A stretch of 63,568 nucleotides of DNA, filler included, from Folioceros fuciformis (lineage: Eukaryota): NCBI GenBank assembly GCA_049999805.1. It is 6 parts of 5 records of this genome, joined end to end, with 100 filler letters (N's around TTAATTAATTAA, not from the genome) between each part and the next. Parts side by side here need not be neighbours in the genome. Positions count along the whole stretch, not along the records: positions 48,035 to 53,193 come from JBNGIO010006214.1; positions 53,294 to 59,436 come from JBNGIO010006215.1; positions 59,537 to 62,424 come from JBNGIO010006219.1; 3 more parts are not named here. The stretch is one strand, 5' to 3'. Shown piece after piece: positions 48,990-60,887 of the stretch. The notes beneath the pieces are model-generated. The model was not told the origin of the DNA and did not search any database. It saw only the letters and a program-made list of their open reading frames with translations. Position numbers and translations under genes: made by a program. The stretch's first letter is position 1; each line of letters opens with the position of its first letter.

Positions 48990-51290
48990 AGAAGGCGAAG
49001 TAGTGGGTGGGGTGTGCCCGTTTTGAGGGGTGCCTGCATGTGTGGAACCCTAAGTCGGGCGTGTAAGGGTGAGTTGGGGCCTCGGGAGCGTGCGGAAGGG
49101 GGTTGGGCATAGGCATGGGGGTGGGGTGCTTAGACTTGCTATGGCGTTGCCCAAGTGCGCCGGGGGCTGAGGATCCTGAGAGCAGGCAGCTGGACAGACC
49201 AGGAACAAGGCTAGGCTTGGCCGGATCCTAGTCGGCAGGCGGGCCGACCTGCTGTTGTGGTGGCTCCAAAGAGGCCGGCTGATGGGCGGCTGCAAGCCTC
49301 GGCTGGATTCAACAGGCCGAGGTGACTGCAAGATGGCTTCAGGAAGGGTAGTAGGAGGGAGGCTTGCGGCAGGCAGGCTGTCGGGCCAGGTAGGCTAGGT
49401 CTCGTGGGAAGGCTGCCTGGTCGAAGCTTGGAGCTAGTAGCAGCCCGGCAGTGCGACCAGCTGGGCTGACTCGCTGGTTGCATTGGCGGTAGGATGGCAG
49501 GGGCCTGGCCGTCAGGTCCGGCTACCTTATGGCCAGATCCAGCTAGCCAGTAGACCAGCCGGCTGGTCGAGGATGGGCCAGGCGAGTCGGGTCGCGACGG
49601 GAAGACTAGTCGGGCTGCTGGATTTGCGCAGCAGGGTCAAAGCCAGTTTTAGACGATTGGGCGCAGGGGTGTAGGTCTCCAGGCGTGGGGCTGGAGCTGA
49701 GCAACGGCTGGTGGCTGAGGGGCAGGTGGCCCGACACTGGCACAAGTGGCGGGCCGACACCAGTGCAGGCAGGCAGCCCAGAAGATAGGCCGTCCTGCCA
49801 GCCGGCTTGTTGGCGGCTGGTCGAGGCGGAGCAAGGCGGGTACATCCGGCTTGCCAGCTGGATCTAGCCAGCCAGAAGCTAGTAGGCTGGGGCCCAGCTG
49901 AGGTCCCGGCGGGGTCTAGCAGGCAGGTGGCGGCGCGAATCCTACCAGACGGCTGCAAGCAAGCAGCCCAGTACCGGCCGTAGACGGACAGCTCGGTCTG
50001 GCTGCAAGCTGCCAGCCACTACAACCAGGTGACCTCGTACCGGCAGCAGGGGCAGGGGAGCACTGGGTCCAGATCCAGGCGGGCAAACCCCACCAGGTAG
50101 CATGAGCCGGATTGGCGGCTGCTGCGGAGGGGTCAGCCAGGCCAGGCCATGGCGGCCGAGCAAGTGGCTGAGTCGCGGGGCCCTATGGTCTGCTGGTCGA
50201 GACGGAGTAAGGCAGGAGGGCTGGCTGGGCGCTGGAGGCCGGCCGCCAGGCAGGTGGCTGGCCCAGCAGCAGCCAACTGCTGAGGAGCCACCAGGCCTTG
50301 CAGGCGGCCTAGCAAGGGTTGGCTAGCAGAGACCGGTTGCTGAGCAGCAGTCGAGCAACCCAGCAGAGCAGGCAGCCTGCGGGTTGGGTCCAGCATGCGG
50401 AGCGGATCTAGGTAGCCGGGTAGGCCAAACGGGTGGTTGCAGGCGGTTGGCAGCAGTGGCTGAGGCGGCTAGCCAGCGGGCTCAGGTGGCCCCCTGACTG
50501 GATTAGGTGACATGCGGCCGCTGTGAAGGAAATCCTCGCTGGCAAGGCAAACTCGCAGGCGGGCTGGCCGGATCCAGACGGCGAGCGGACCGGATCTAGG
50601 CAGGTGGTGGCAGATCTGGCTAGCAAGTACGGGCCAGATCAGGAGGCTGGCAGGTGGCTCAAGCAGATGCTGGCTGATCGCCAGACAGCCCAGTCTAGCC
50701 AACAGCCGGCGCAGGCCAACTTGCTGAAGAGGATCCACGCCAGGAGGAGATCTGCTGGCGGGAGGCGGCAGATGAAGAGCTTAGCCAGCAACCATCCCGG
50801 CCCGGCCGTAGGCATGCTCGGCCAGCCAGGACAGCCCAGCTAGTTAACAGGTGAGTCTGAGGAGGCCAAGGCCGGCGCTGGGAAACCAGCCAGGCGGGGT
50901 GTGGTTGGCCTAGATGTTGTGAGGGTTGGCTAGGTAGGAGCAGCGCTGGATCCGCCCGGCCTGGCTGGCCGATCTGGGGCCAGCCATTCGAGCTGCAAGC
51001 AGGTAGCCAGGTAGGCTAGACCGGTGGCTGCAGGCAGCTTGCAGGGGTTGGCAGGCGGCCTGGCAGATGGCCGGATCTCCAGGCAACCAGGCTGCCGTGT
51101 GACGGCTGGCGATTGGCTGGAGGAGATCCTTGCCGGCAAGGCGAGGAGTAGGGGGCGCTACCAGAGCAGGTACCCACTTGGCGGCTGGCGGTTGGCTCAG
51201 CAGAACTTGGGGGGCCTAGTTGCCTGGCCAAATTTGTAAGGACAGAAGGCCGGTGTGCGGCCTCTGGGCGAGCTGGTTGCAGCTGGGGGG
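48990..51290. repeat. GC-rich low-complexity tract (ggcag/ggctg/gcagg) with internal duplications, probably TE-derived
   Basis: No coherent ORF; blocks at 50411 vs 51002 and 50527 vs 51121 are related; preceded by an AT-rich block at 48560-48890. Confidence 0.55.
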
Positions 51291-51347
51291 AGCGTAGTGT
51301 GTATTTTGCGGAGAGAGCAAGGCAATTGCTATCGACTAAACTTTACT

Positions 51348-53193
51348 TGATAATAATAATAGAACAAAATTGTCACTTATGTATCCATCACTTTACGCCC
51401 TTTCGCCCACGAGACCCTGCCAAACTAGTGGCCCTAGCATAAATAACTACGAGTAAGCGAGTATCCCTAACAGATAAACCCTATATGAAGGGTCTTTACT
51501 CTTGTCACTCCTTCTCGAGCGCAACGAGCTACATGCTAAGTCCTTTGCAGCTCACGAGTCCTCGCGGGAGCAGGGGTAACGCCGAGAGGAGGGCTCCCAA
51601 GGTGGAGCCCCAACAGCTCTCTTGCTATAGCCGGGGTGACACCAACCATGAAGAATGGGGTGCGAGCTTTTGTGTTGGGCAGTGCCTGCAGATTGGTAAC
51701 TGTCGGATGACTATCAACCTATCCGTGGACCGGAGAGGTGCTCTCCCTACGGTTGACAACACCAACCCAGACACCCTGCGTGAGATGGAGAGTAGAACTG
51801 ACCTGATCGAGCTGTTGAAGGACACTGCTAGACTGGCTAAGACTTTGAAGGAAGGCCGTTGGGCTGATGGCTAAGCTGTTGTTTGTCGGCAGCCAAGTGA
51901 TTTGGTACGCAATTGGCTTCATCCACCTATTGCGGACTTGCTTGTTTTACTGTGATAACACTCACATTGTGCAGATATCTGGCTGCCAGGGGAGTAAGGG
52001 TAGGTGATAGACTGTCATACGTGTCTCCACAAGGCAAGCTTATGGAAGATGCCTGTGACTGAAGGATGGCTCCTGCCTTCCCCAACCCACCAGATAAGTT
52101 TTGCTCATTGCTCGATATGTGCTGTGAAGTCACCGATCCCCAACACCTCCATGTGCTGGTGATGTTTGTACTTTGGCAAGGCCTTTGTCAGGATGTCGGC
52201 AGTATTGTCGTCTGTCCCAACAAAGCCTACCTTTGTTACACCTCTGTCCACGGCATCTCGTATATAGTGGTGTTGAATTTCAATATGTTTAGTCCTTGCG
52301 TGGAAGCGTGGATTTGCGACTAGGGCCAGGGCAGACATGTTGTCACACGAAATTAGGGTTGGCTCAATGTGCTCCTGTCCGAGATCATGTAAGAACCTCC
52401 TCTCCCACTCTGCCTCCTTTGTTGCTTCAGTTAGAGACTTGTACTCTGCCTCGGTAGATGAGAGTGATATCGATGTCTGTTTTTTGCTGCTCCAGTTAAC
52501 AGCTGTAGAGGCTAACAAGAAACAATATATGTGGATAGGCTTTTGCGGGAGTCCGAGTCTGATGCCCAATCAGCATCTGTGAATCCCGACAAGATAAGTT
52601 TATCCTGCCTGCTGCTCTTGTATATCAGCCCATGATACATGGTGCCTTTAAGGTACCTGAACACCCTTTTTACTGCTACCCAATGTGCTCTACCTGGATT
52701 TTCCAGGAATTGGGAAACCATACTTACAGCACACTGCACATCAGGTCTAGTCCAATTTGTGACAAAAATCAGGCTTCCCACAGCATGCCTGTATGGAACC
52801 CCTTCCATATCCTTTTTGTCTTGGGCTGTTTGGGGGCACATCACACTAGTAAGCTTGACTCCTACTGCTGCAGGGGTAGTAGCAGGTCGACAGTCCTCTA
52901 GCTTGAACTTTCTGAGTATCTCATTTACATACTTAAGCTGGTGGATTATCATCAGCCTATCAGGTCTGTTGCGAATAATCTGAATTCCCAAGCAGAATCT
53001 GAGGGCTCCAATGTCTTTCATTTCAAATTTTCTGATCAGCATAGCTTTGACTTTTGACAGCAAAGGTTGGCTATTGGTGGCCAAGATGACATCATCCACG
53101 TACAGTGCCAGGACTACATAATCTTCTCCCTTGGTAAGCCTGTATTCGTTTGTATCTGCTGTGCTTTGCACAAAGTTGATACTTAAGAGGTAT
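51348..53193 (-). mobile_element. Ty1/Copia C, 3' part (RT/RNase H, long 3' region, putative 3' LTR)
   Basis: YVDDVILA, FTDADWASD, SSTEAEY, RTKHIEIQHHYIR, ADILTK; PPT GAGAAGGAG (51508-51516) then TGACA LTR start at 51507. Far LTR end uncertain. Confidence 0.88.
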
Positions 53194-54188
53194 NNNNNNN
53201 NNNNNNNNNNNNNNNNNNNNNNNNNNNNNNNNNNNNNTTAATTAATTAANNNNNNNNNNNNNNNNNNNNNNNNNNNNNNNNNNNNNNNNNNNNCTTAGCG
53301 AGTAATGTCGTTTCGCATGGTTTAATTTCCAGGTTATATTATATGCCTAAATAGTGATGTATCGTAACACCCCCTCTTAAACCAGAAACGAAACGGCCAG
53401 GAGATAGGGCACGCGCCGCCACACTATGTGGATGAGGGGATGTGAAGTGCGCGACAACGGGTGGTGGAGCATGGACGCTATCTCGAAAGAGTTGCCACGC
53501 ATGGCACGAAAGAATGAGTGGAGTAGGAGGCCAGCGGGCTGTGAGCACGGAGGTGTGGCGGACTCACAGATCTGGGCGAGCACGCGGGGAAGATACCCAC
53601 GCCGCGAAGCTGCAAGTTCCATTTCGCGCGTTTCCCCGAATGCTGCGTTTGTGCAGAGCAGTAGGAAGTTGTGCATGTGACCGATTCACTGATCCAGACT
53701 GTGTATCCGCGGGGCGCGCACTAGGGAGGCCTGTGCGCTGCGGGAGCTGCAGGTAGCATACCGCACGCGCCTGCCCCAGAGTCCAGAAATTTCAGTTCTT
53801 TTCTTTTGTTTGTGCTGGATGGTGAGCGGATCAGGCCCGTGACTTGGCTCCTGATCTTGGGTCGCTTGTGTGCAGGCCATACGCACCATAGGTTGCTGCT
53901 GGGTCTTAGCAACATGTAGACCAGATGCTTAGATCTCCTTGATGCTTCATCCGTCTGGCTGGTGATTGTTGGCTGCAGGCGGGCATAATAACTCGCCCTT
54001 TAATGACCAATGATGTCCAGTCGCATACGTTCACCTAGGTTTGACTAATCAGCATAGCTGTGCTCCCTCGTATGACAGGTGATTGTGGGAGCAGGGCTGT
54101 GGGGTCTGCAGGGGAAATATTAGGCATCAGCTAGGGCAGCCGTCTTCAGGTAACATGCTAATTTCCCCCTCTCAGTCCCACGGCCCTT

Positions 54189-57100
54189 TCATCTATCAAA
54201 GTAAGCGGAGTAGTCGCTAAGGCCAAGCCCCCTTATATGTAAATAGTGGGAAAGCTTGGGCAGTCCTTTTGTGAAAATATCTGCTGTGTTTGCTTCAGTA
54301 CTCACATGATCAACTTTGATGATGCCTCTGGACACCAGGTCTCGTATGTAGTGGTGGTGTACTTCGATATGCTTTGTACGAGCATGGAAAGTTGGTCTGG
54401 AAACAAGATCCAAAGCTGAGGTGTTGTCGCGCAAGATCACCGTAGGATCTGGCTGTGGGTGATTAAGACCTGTTAGAAAACTTCTCTCCCATTCTGCTTC
54501 CTTAGCTGCTTCGGTTAGTGATTTGTATTCAGCTTCAGTAGAGCTGAGAGCAATGGTTGACTGTTTTTTGCTGCTCCAGGTAACAGCTGCTGAAGCAAGG
54601 AGAAAACAGTATGAGGAGATGCTTCGTCTTGAATCGGAATCTGACGCCCAGTCAGCGTCTGAATAGCCAGATAAGGTAAGCCTCTTCTCTCCACTCCTTC
54701 TGTACGTGAGGCCATAATTTAACGTGCCTTGAAGATAACGGAAGATCCGTTTCACTGCTGTCCAGTGTGCTCTTCCAGGGCACTCAAGGAATTGTGATAC
54801 TGTACTAACGGAGTATTGTATGTCAGGTCTTGTCCAATTGGCGACGAACAGCAGGCTGCCCACTGCGTGCCTATAAGGTACACCTTCCATGTCTCTAAGT
54901 TCATCTGGGGTCTGTGGGCTTTGCTGACGAGTTAGCTTAGTACCCACTGCATATGGGGTTGTCACAGGTCTTGCCTGGTCTAGGTGGAACTTGCGTAGGA
55001 TTTCAGTGATGTATTTTCTCTGGTGTATATACATTATACCAGCATCACGCACACGTAGAAGTTGAATTCCTAGGCAGTACCTCAACTCTCCAATGTCTTT
55101 CATGTCAAATCGCTGATGGAGCTGCTACTTCACATCTGCTAATAGTGACTGATCGTTTGTGGCAAGGATTAAATCATCAACATAAAGGGCAAGCAACACA
55201 GTGGAAGATCCTCTCTTGAGCATGTACACATTGCTGTCAGCGGTGTTTTGAACGAAACCAATACTGATCAGTTCGACATGCATTGTGAGGTACCATACTC
55301 TGCCACTTTGTTTTAATCCATAAATGCATTTCAACAGCCTAAGCACTTGGTGTGGGTGTGCAGGGTCTTCATAGCCTTCAGGCTGAAACATGTACAACTC
55401 CTCTTCGAGGACTCCGTATAAGAAGGCAGTACAGACGTCCATCTGTTCAAGGTCGAGATCAAATTCTGTGGCATAAGCAAGAATCAAGCGAATTGATTGG
55501 CTGCGAACTACAGGTGAGAATGTTTCCTGGTAGTCCAGCCCTTCCACTTGAGTGAAGCCTCTTGCTACCAGTCGTGCTTTGAACCTAGCAACTTCACCTT
55601 TAGCATTAAGTTTTAACTTAAATGTCCATTTGCAGGATATGGCTTTCCTGCCTGGAGGGAGATCAGTGAGCGTCCAAGTTTTGTTCTTCACCAAGGACTG
55701 GTATTCTTCTTCAACTGCTTGCTTCCATTGCTCGCGTTGTGGACCATTAAATGCCTGAGTTAACGTGGTGGGTTCCTCAGGTATAGGAGAAGGTGGTCCA
55801 AGAGAGGCATGGGTCCGAAAATCAGTGGACACATAGGGAGGTTCCTTCCATTCAAATGGAGGAGGTCTGTGACGTGTGGAGCGACGGGGAGGATCAGCAG
55901 CTGGTTCAACCTGAGGTGGAGGCTGTGGAGGGTCAGCCATGGAAGGTGCTGCATCAGCGGGCCCTACTTCCCCCTCTGCATCCAATACAGGTTGATCAGG
56001 GGCTGCATCCAAGGTTTGCATTTCTCCTTCAACATTTGCATCTGCATTTGTCTCAAGGTTGTGAGTAGGAGCTAATGGCTGATGTCCTGTAGGCGCAGGA
56101 GGGGGAGCCATGGGTTCAGGCTCATCCTCATCAAGGGGAAAGTCAGCAAGTCGGTCAGCTGGGGCAGATGTAATGGGATCATCTGGTGGGCTGTCATCAA
56201 GAACAGGGCTGTGGAGCTCGACAAAGTGACACTCCTAGCAAGGACAATAGTGTCAGTGTCTTTGTTATACAGTTTGTAAGCTTTTGAATGTTCACTGTAG
56301 CCAACCAGGATAAGTGCCTCAGCACGGCTGTCTAGCTTATGTCTTTTCTCCTTAGGTATATAGGCGTACGCGCGGGATCCAAAGACTCGGAGGTGAAGGA
56401 GGCTGGGCTTCTTGTTCCAGAATACCTCAAATGGGGTTTTATTTGGAACGGTGCTGGTGAGGACGCGATTGAGAATGTATGTCGCTGTCACTATGGCCTC
56501 CGCCCAATAGCCTTGAGGTAAACCTGCCCACAGCAACATGCTCCTCGTCATAGACAATAAGGTTTGATTTTTCCTTTCTGATACTCCGTTTTGTTGAGGT
56601 GTGTAGGGCACTGTTGTCTGGTGCAATATCCCGTGAGATTGCAGCAGGTCTTGAAAGTTGGAGTTTACAAATTCAGTGCCATTGTCTGTCCTGAGAGTCT
56701 TCAGAAGTTGCCCAGATTGTCTTTGAGCAGTGGTAAGCCAGTCCTTGAAGAATCCAGAGGTGTCACTCTTGAATTCCATTGGAAATGTCCATGTGTAGCG
56801 GCTATAGTCATCAGTTATAGTGAAAAAATAGCGGGCACCTCCTAGTGAGGGCTCATGGACCTTGCCTGAGATGTCAGCATAGACTAACTCAAGGACTCTT
56901 GTGGCTCTCTGTGCAGGTGAAGTGGGGACTGGCAATTCCTTTTGCTTCGCGAGTATGCAGGGTTCACATACAGGTAATTGTTTGAAGCATTTAGGTAGGG
57001 GCTCACGATGGCATCCTAGGGTTGACATGTCTATTAGCTTAGACTGGTTGACGTGGCCCAAACGGGCATGCCAAAGCAAGGCCTGCTGTTCTTGGCTTAA

Positions 57101-58474
57101 GTTAGAGGATGAGGTTGAGTGAGTAGCCTCATTTAGCTCAGGTCCTGTACAGGTAATGTTCAGCCTGTACAGGTTGCTTGCGGGCAAGCCCTCAAAGGCA
57201 CATGTATGAGGGGATGACTGCCTGTAGAAACAGCAGTGTTCATGGTCTGCATGCATGTAGAACATGCGTTGACGCATGATTTGACTCATAGACATGAGAT
57301 TTTTGGCCATGCTTGGGACATAGATGACATCATCTAGGGTTAACTCTATGCCATCATGCAGTGTGAAGACACACGTGCCTCTACCCTGGATAGGTAAGCT
57401 TGACCTACTTTGTTCATCTGCAAGGAATACCTGACCTCCTGTTTGTGTCAGGTCTAGGATTTTGAAAAGTTCCTTTTTCTTGCAGATGTGGGCGGTGGCC
57501 CCCGAATCAAGATACCAGCAGGTGTCATCACTCCGAGTGCTGAACAGGCATACCGTAAGTATCTTCACAGGGGCCTTGGGGTCTGCTTTATTCTGCCTCA
57601 CTGCTACATTTGCTGTAGCCTTTGGCTGGCGCTGGGGCTCACCTGCCTTGCGTTTGCGGCATTCTCTTGCCCAGTGGCCAGGGAGGCCGCACCAGTTACA
57701 GCTGCCAGGGCGTTTGGCAGCATTAGAGGGTTCTCCCCTCTGTCTTTGTGCTGTGGGAGCTCGGAACCTTGCCTTGCCTTTGCGAAAGTTAGTAGCTAAT
57801 GCTTTCTCCCCTCTGTCCTTGGCAGCTGAGGAGAAAGTACGGCTCTGCTCCTCCTGGAACAGTGCACCGATCACCTCCTCCAGGGTGATGGTCACTGTCT
57901 GGCCAGAGGCAGCAGCTGCGGCACGTATGGGGCCATTTTGGCTTGTCACAAATGTCTGGTAGGAGGCAGGGAGACTGGTCAGGAGCTGGGCGATGGCGTC
58001 CACTTCTGACATCTTCTCTCCTGTCATGGCTGTAAGTTGAGCACGTAGGTGCCTAAACTTGCAGACGTGGGAGGCTACTTTGTCTCCCTCCTTCATTTTC
58101 AGAGAGTAGAACTCTTGCCTTACTGCACATAAGGTCATCATATTCTGGATTTTATAAGTCTTCTCTAACTGGTCCCATATGGCATGTGCAGATGTCAAGT
58201 ACTCCACATCAGGGACAAGGTCCGAGTCTAGTCCACCAATAATCAGCGCAACGGCAATGGCGTTGAACTGCTCCCATTTAGCAATCTCCTCTAGGGTTGG
58301 TGCAGGGCTACTGGACGGGTCTGGTTTAAGGTAAGTACCATCTACGGTGGTCCAGACTCCCCTGGCCAGCAAGGTGGCCTTCATTCTGACCCTCCAGACA
58401 TTATAGCCCTGCCCCTTAAACCTATCTTTTTCTTTGAGTTCAGAGGTGAACGTAGGTAAGCTACTGGATGCCAT
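54189..58474 (-). pseudogene. Copia D gag-pol with one frameshift (~56230) and one premature TAG (55125)
   Basis: CNWCGLPGHWAREC, YLDSGAT, WHARLGH, TDNGTEF, YVDDL, SDADWA, ADIFTK. Confidence 0.92.
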
Positions 58475-58596
58475 CGCTGCTTGTTGATTAGGATGCAGTG
58501 ATAGGTTTTGAAAACCACTAATGAGTGAGTTTAATTGTGCAGCAGTGAACACGAAGCTATGTAGCTATGTCACTACTGTCTCGCTACTACCTGTCC

Positions 58597-58725
58597 TTCT
58601 TTCTTACGTTGTGTTATCTCCAGCGAGACCTTGTTGGGCGCAGAGTTCAGGGGCCATCAAGAGTGATGGCTGCTGGATCCTGAGCCCAATTAAAGGTCTC
58701 GCCAGGGGTCACCGCAACATAAAGG
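58597..58725 (-). promoter_or_regulatory. Conserved rod-like RNA hairpin in Copia D leader
   Basis: 85/93 nt identical to 60653-60745; nested stems; function unknown. Confidence 0.75.
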
Positions 58726-58927
58726 TGTGTCGTTATGTGGCTACGAACCCTAAAGCTAATGTATAGTTAGGGTTTTTCTAACAGACGTGTCCCAAGCACA
58801 TGGAATGGTTTTCCAGGTGTACCAATGGAGGAGCACCAGTTGAGGCCTTCGTAATGAACTCAAGGTGCATCACGGCGGTTCAGATCTGGTGCTCTCAGTT
58901 GCTGCTACTCCCCTGCAGCGGAAGGGT

Positions 58928-59311
58928 CTAATGAAGGCTGTCTGATCTTGATGAAGTGGGTAAGCCCTCCAAGATTTGGCCCAAAAATTCTGAAATTTGT
59001 TGGGTACTTGTCTTGGCTTCATCAATTGGGGTGTGATTAACTTGAATGTCTGTGTCACAGCCTTCGGAGATGATCCTAGATGGAGCTTGGAAAGACAATA
59101 GGCTAGACAGCAATCTCTCCACGCGGCTGAGAATATTCTGTGATCTGTCAAGGATTTTTCTCAGCCCTTTTAGAGAATTGATGTCGGGTTTGTCTTTATG
59201 CCTTGCAGGTGCTCTGCGCGTCTTGGAATTCTGTTCTGCGCAGCAAACATGGCACATGGAGGCATGGGAATCATAGGCGCGATGCGCATCGGAGGGGCCT
59301 CCACATCGCAT
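58928..59311 (-). CDS. Candidate ORF0 upstream of gag in Copia D (127 aa)
   Basis: ATG-initiated, sense to gag; DINSLKGLRKILDR resembles DIPEIDGAYRVLSDR of Copia E ORF0. Confidence 0.45.
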   Translation of the reverse strand: MRCGGPSDAHRAYDSHASMCHVCCAEQNSKTRRAPARHKDKPDINSLKGLRKILDRSQNILSRVERLLSSLLSFQAPSRIISEGCDTDIQVNHTPIDEAKTSTQQISEFLGQILEGLPTSSRSDSLH

Positions 59312-59893
59312 AGGTGAAAAACACCGTAGACTGGGGAGGGTTTGCCACCGGGCGCTTGCCCTTCTAGGGGAGCGCGCAGCCTCAAAAGGGATGTGCGCCG
59401 TGTGTACAGGTGGTTGACTTCCGGCAGAGTATTCCCNNNNNNNNNNNNNNNNNNNNNNNNNNNNNNNNNNNNNNNNNNNNTTAATTAATTAANNNNNNNN
59501 NNNNNNNNNNNNNNNNNNNNNNNNNNNNNNNNNNNNTTTTGTATATAAACACTTTTGTTGATATTAATTGAACAATCTTTATGCACAACTTGGTGAGTAG
59601 TGTGAGATTCTCTAATGTTTAACATGGTATCAGAGCAATCTACGTTTGGATATTTATGTCTGCAAAAATTTCTATATAGTAACATGTATGCGGGGTCGAA
59701 GAGAAGATGCGGACACAAAATCCATTAGTCACATCATGTGGTTTCTGGATCTTGTGTCTACATTTTCTCTCCCACCCTGCGATACAACGTCAGTACTATG
59801 TTACAATTTACAGTTTGCATGACAATATCAGAAACTAGAAATTCCGCTGTGCACATCTGCTTGCGAAAGAGCAGCAGATGATGAAAGTTGAAG

Positions 59894-60418
59894 ATGCCTC
59901 GACGGAGACGATCTCGGGTCGAGCCTCCAACTTTTGTACCCTGCAGCCATTCCAATTTCAGTGAACGTGTGGGATTAGTAAGGCCTGTTCGGGATTATAG
60001 AACAAGACAGGACAGAATCCCACACATCCTCTCTCGATCAAATTGCCGTACGCATGTTTTAGGCCAACCCAAAGTCAAGCCAAAGAATGCGTTCGACCTC
60101 GGATCAACAGACATACCTGAAATTGATGGGGCTTACAGAGTGCTCAGTGACAGGTTGACAACTACACAATCAGTGTTGCTGACGGCTCTCTCTCGCCAGA
60201 GTGAGATGCAAATTGCTCGGCATCAAGAAAATCTGGCAGCAATCGACCTTTTCTTGCGAATACAAACCACTCTGTTGAAGGAAGTGCGAGATTTAACAGA
60301 ATTGATGCAGGAGTTTACCTCTAATTCTGGAGCGCCTTCTACAGTCACAGATTTGCTGCAGATGCTTTCTCCCAATCGCGAGAAGTTCAGATCGAAGGAG
60401 TCGCCGGCGGCGCTGTAG
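59894..60418 (+). CDS. ORF0 upstream of gag in Copia E (174 aa, basic N-terminus plus coiled-coil)
   Basis: Intact ORF MPRRRRSRVE...; clear homologue at 62724. Confidence 0.72.
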   Translation: MPRRRRSRVEPPTFVPCSHSNFSERVGLVRPVRDYRTRQDRIPHILSRSNCRTHVLGQPKVKPKNAFDLGSTDIPEIDGAYRVLSDRLTTTQSVLLTALSRQSEMQIARHQENLAAIDLFLRIQTTLLKEVRDLTELMQEFTSNSGAPSTVTDLLQMLSPNREKFRSKESPAAL

Positions 60419-60640
60419 CAGTCGGCCAAGTCTCACTGCACCGCCAGATCCGAAATGTCGTCTGCTGGAATTTTGGCGCGGCCAAGTCCTGGCTGGGATC
60501 TGTGACCCATCATAGCTGCTGAGATTCCAAGAGGCGTTGCCGTTGCGCTTGCCGGCTGTGCTCTGTCGTATGGACGCCCCAACTTTGAAGCGTCGCGACT
60601 TTCGGACCTGCAACATTAGATGCCTGTAGAGCACTCAACC

Positions 60641-60765
60641 TACGTTGTAATTACCCCTGGCGAGACCTTCAATTGGGCTCAGGATCCAGCAGCCATCACG
60701 TTGGATGACCCCTGAATTATGTGCCCAACAAGGTCTCGCTGGAGACAATACACCGTAAGAAAGAA
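60641..60765 (+). promoter_or_regulatory. Conserved rod-like RNA hairpin in Copia E leader
   Basis: CUGGCGAGACCUU/AAGGUCUCGCUGG, UUGGGC/GCCCAA and UCAGG/CCUGA stems; shared with Copia D. Confidence 0.75.
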
Positions 60766-60794
60766 CAACCACGATTTCAAGCACATAACTTTCA

Positions 60795-60886
60795 GCAACC
60801 TAATCCTCCTTGTCCAAGCACTTACTGAAGAAGGTCTTGCGCGGCTTGATCACCCGCCTTGATCCCTTCTTCCCTAAGTAGGTTGC
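60795..60886 (+). promoter_or_regulatory. Stem-loop with palindromic UGAUCA loop just upstream of gag AUG (DIS-like)
   Basis: GCAACCUA/UAGGUUGC, GAAGAAGG/CCUUCUUC and GCGG/CCGC stems; loop CU-UGAUCA-C. Confidence 0.65.
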
Positions 60887-60887
60887 C

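Larger units (their letters stand above)
53294..59436 (-). mobile_element. Ty1/Copia D, near-complete internal region with partial 3' LTR
   Basis: Gag-PR-INT ORF, RT and RH; PPT TTAAGAGGGGG (53370-53380) then TGTTACG at 53369; both ends cut by linkers. Confidence 0.95.

Noticed and set aside
49050-51239. Many overlapping Pro/Ala/Arg-rich ORFs
   Set aside because: Expected by chance in very GC-rich low-complexity DNA.
55104-55127. TAG between Copia D RT ORFs as programmed readthrough
   Set aside because: It lies inside the RT domain, where Copia C has a sense codon; a nonsense mutation is simpler.
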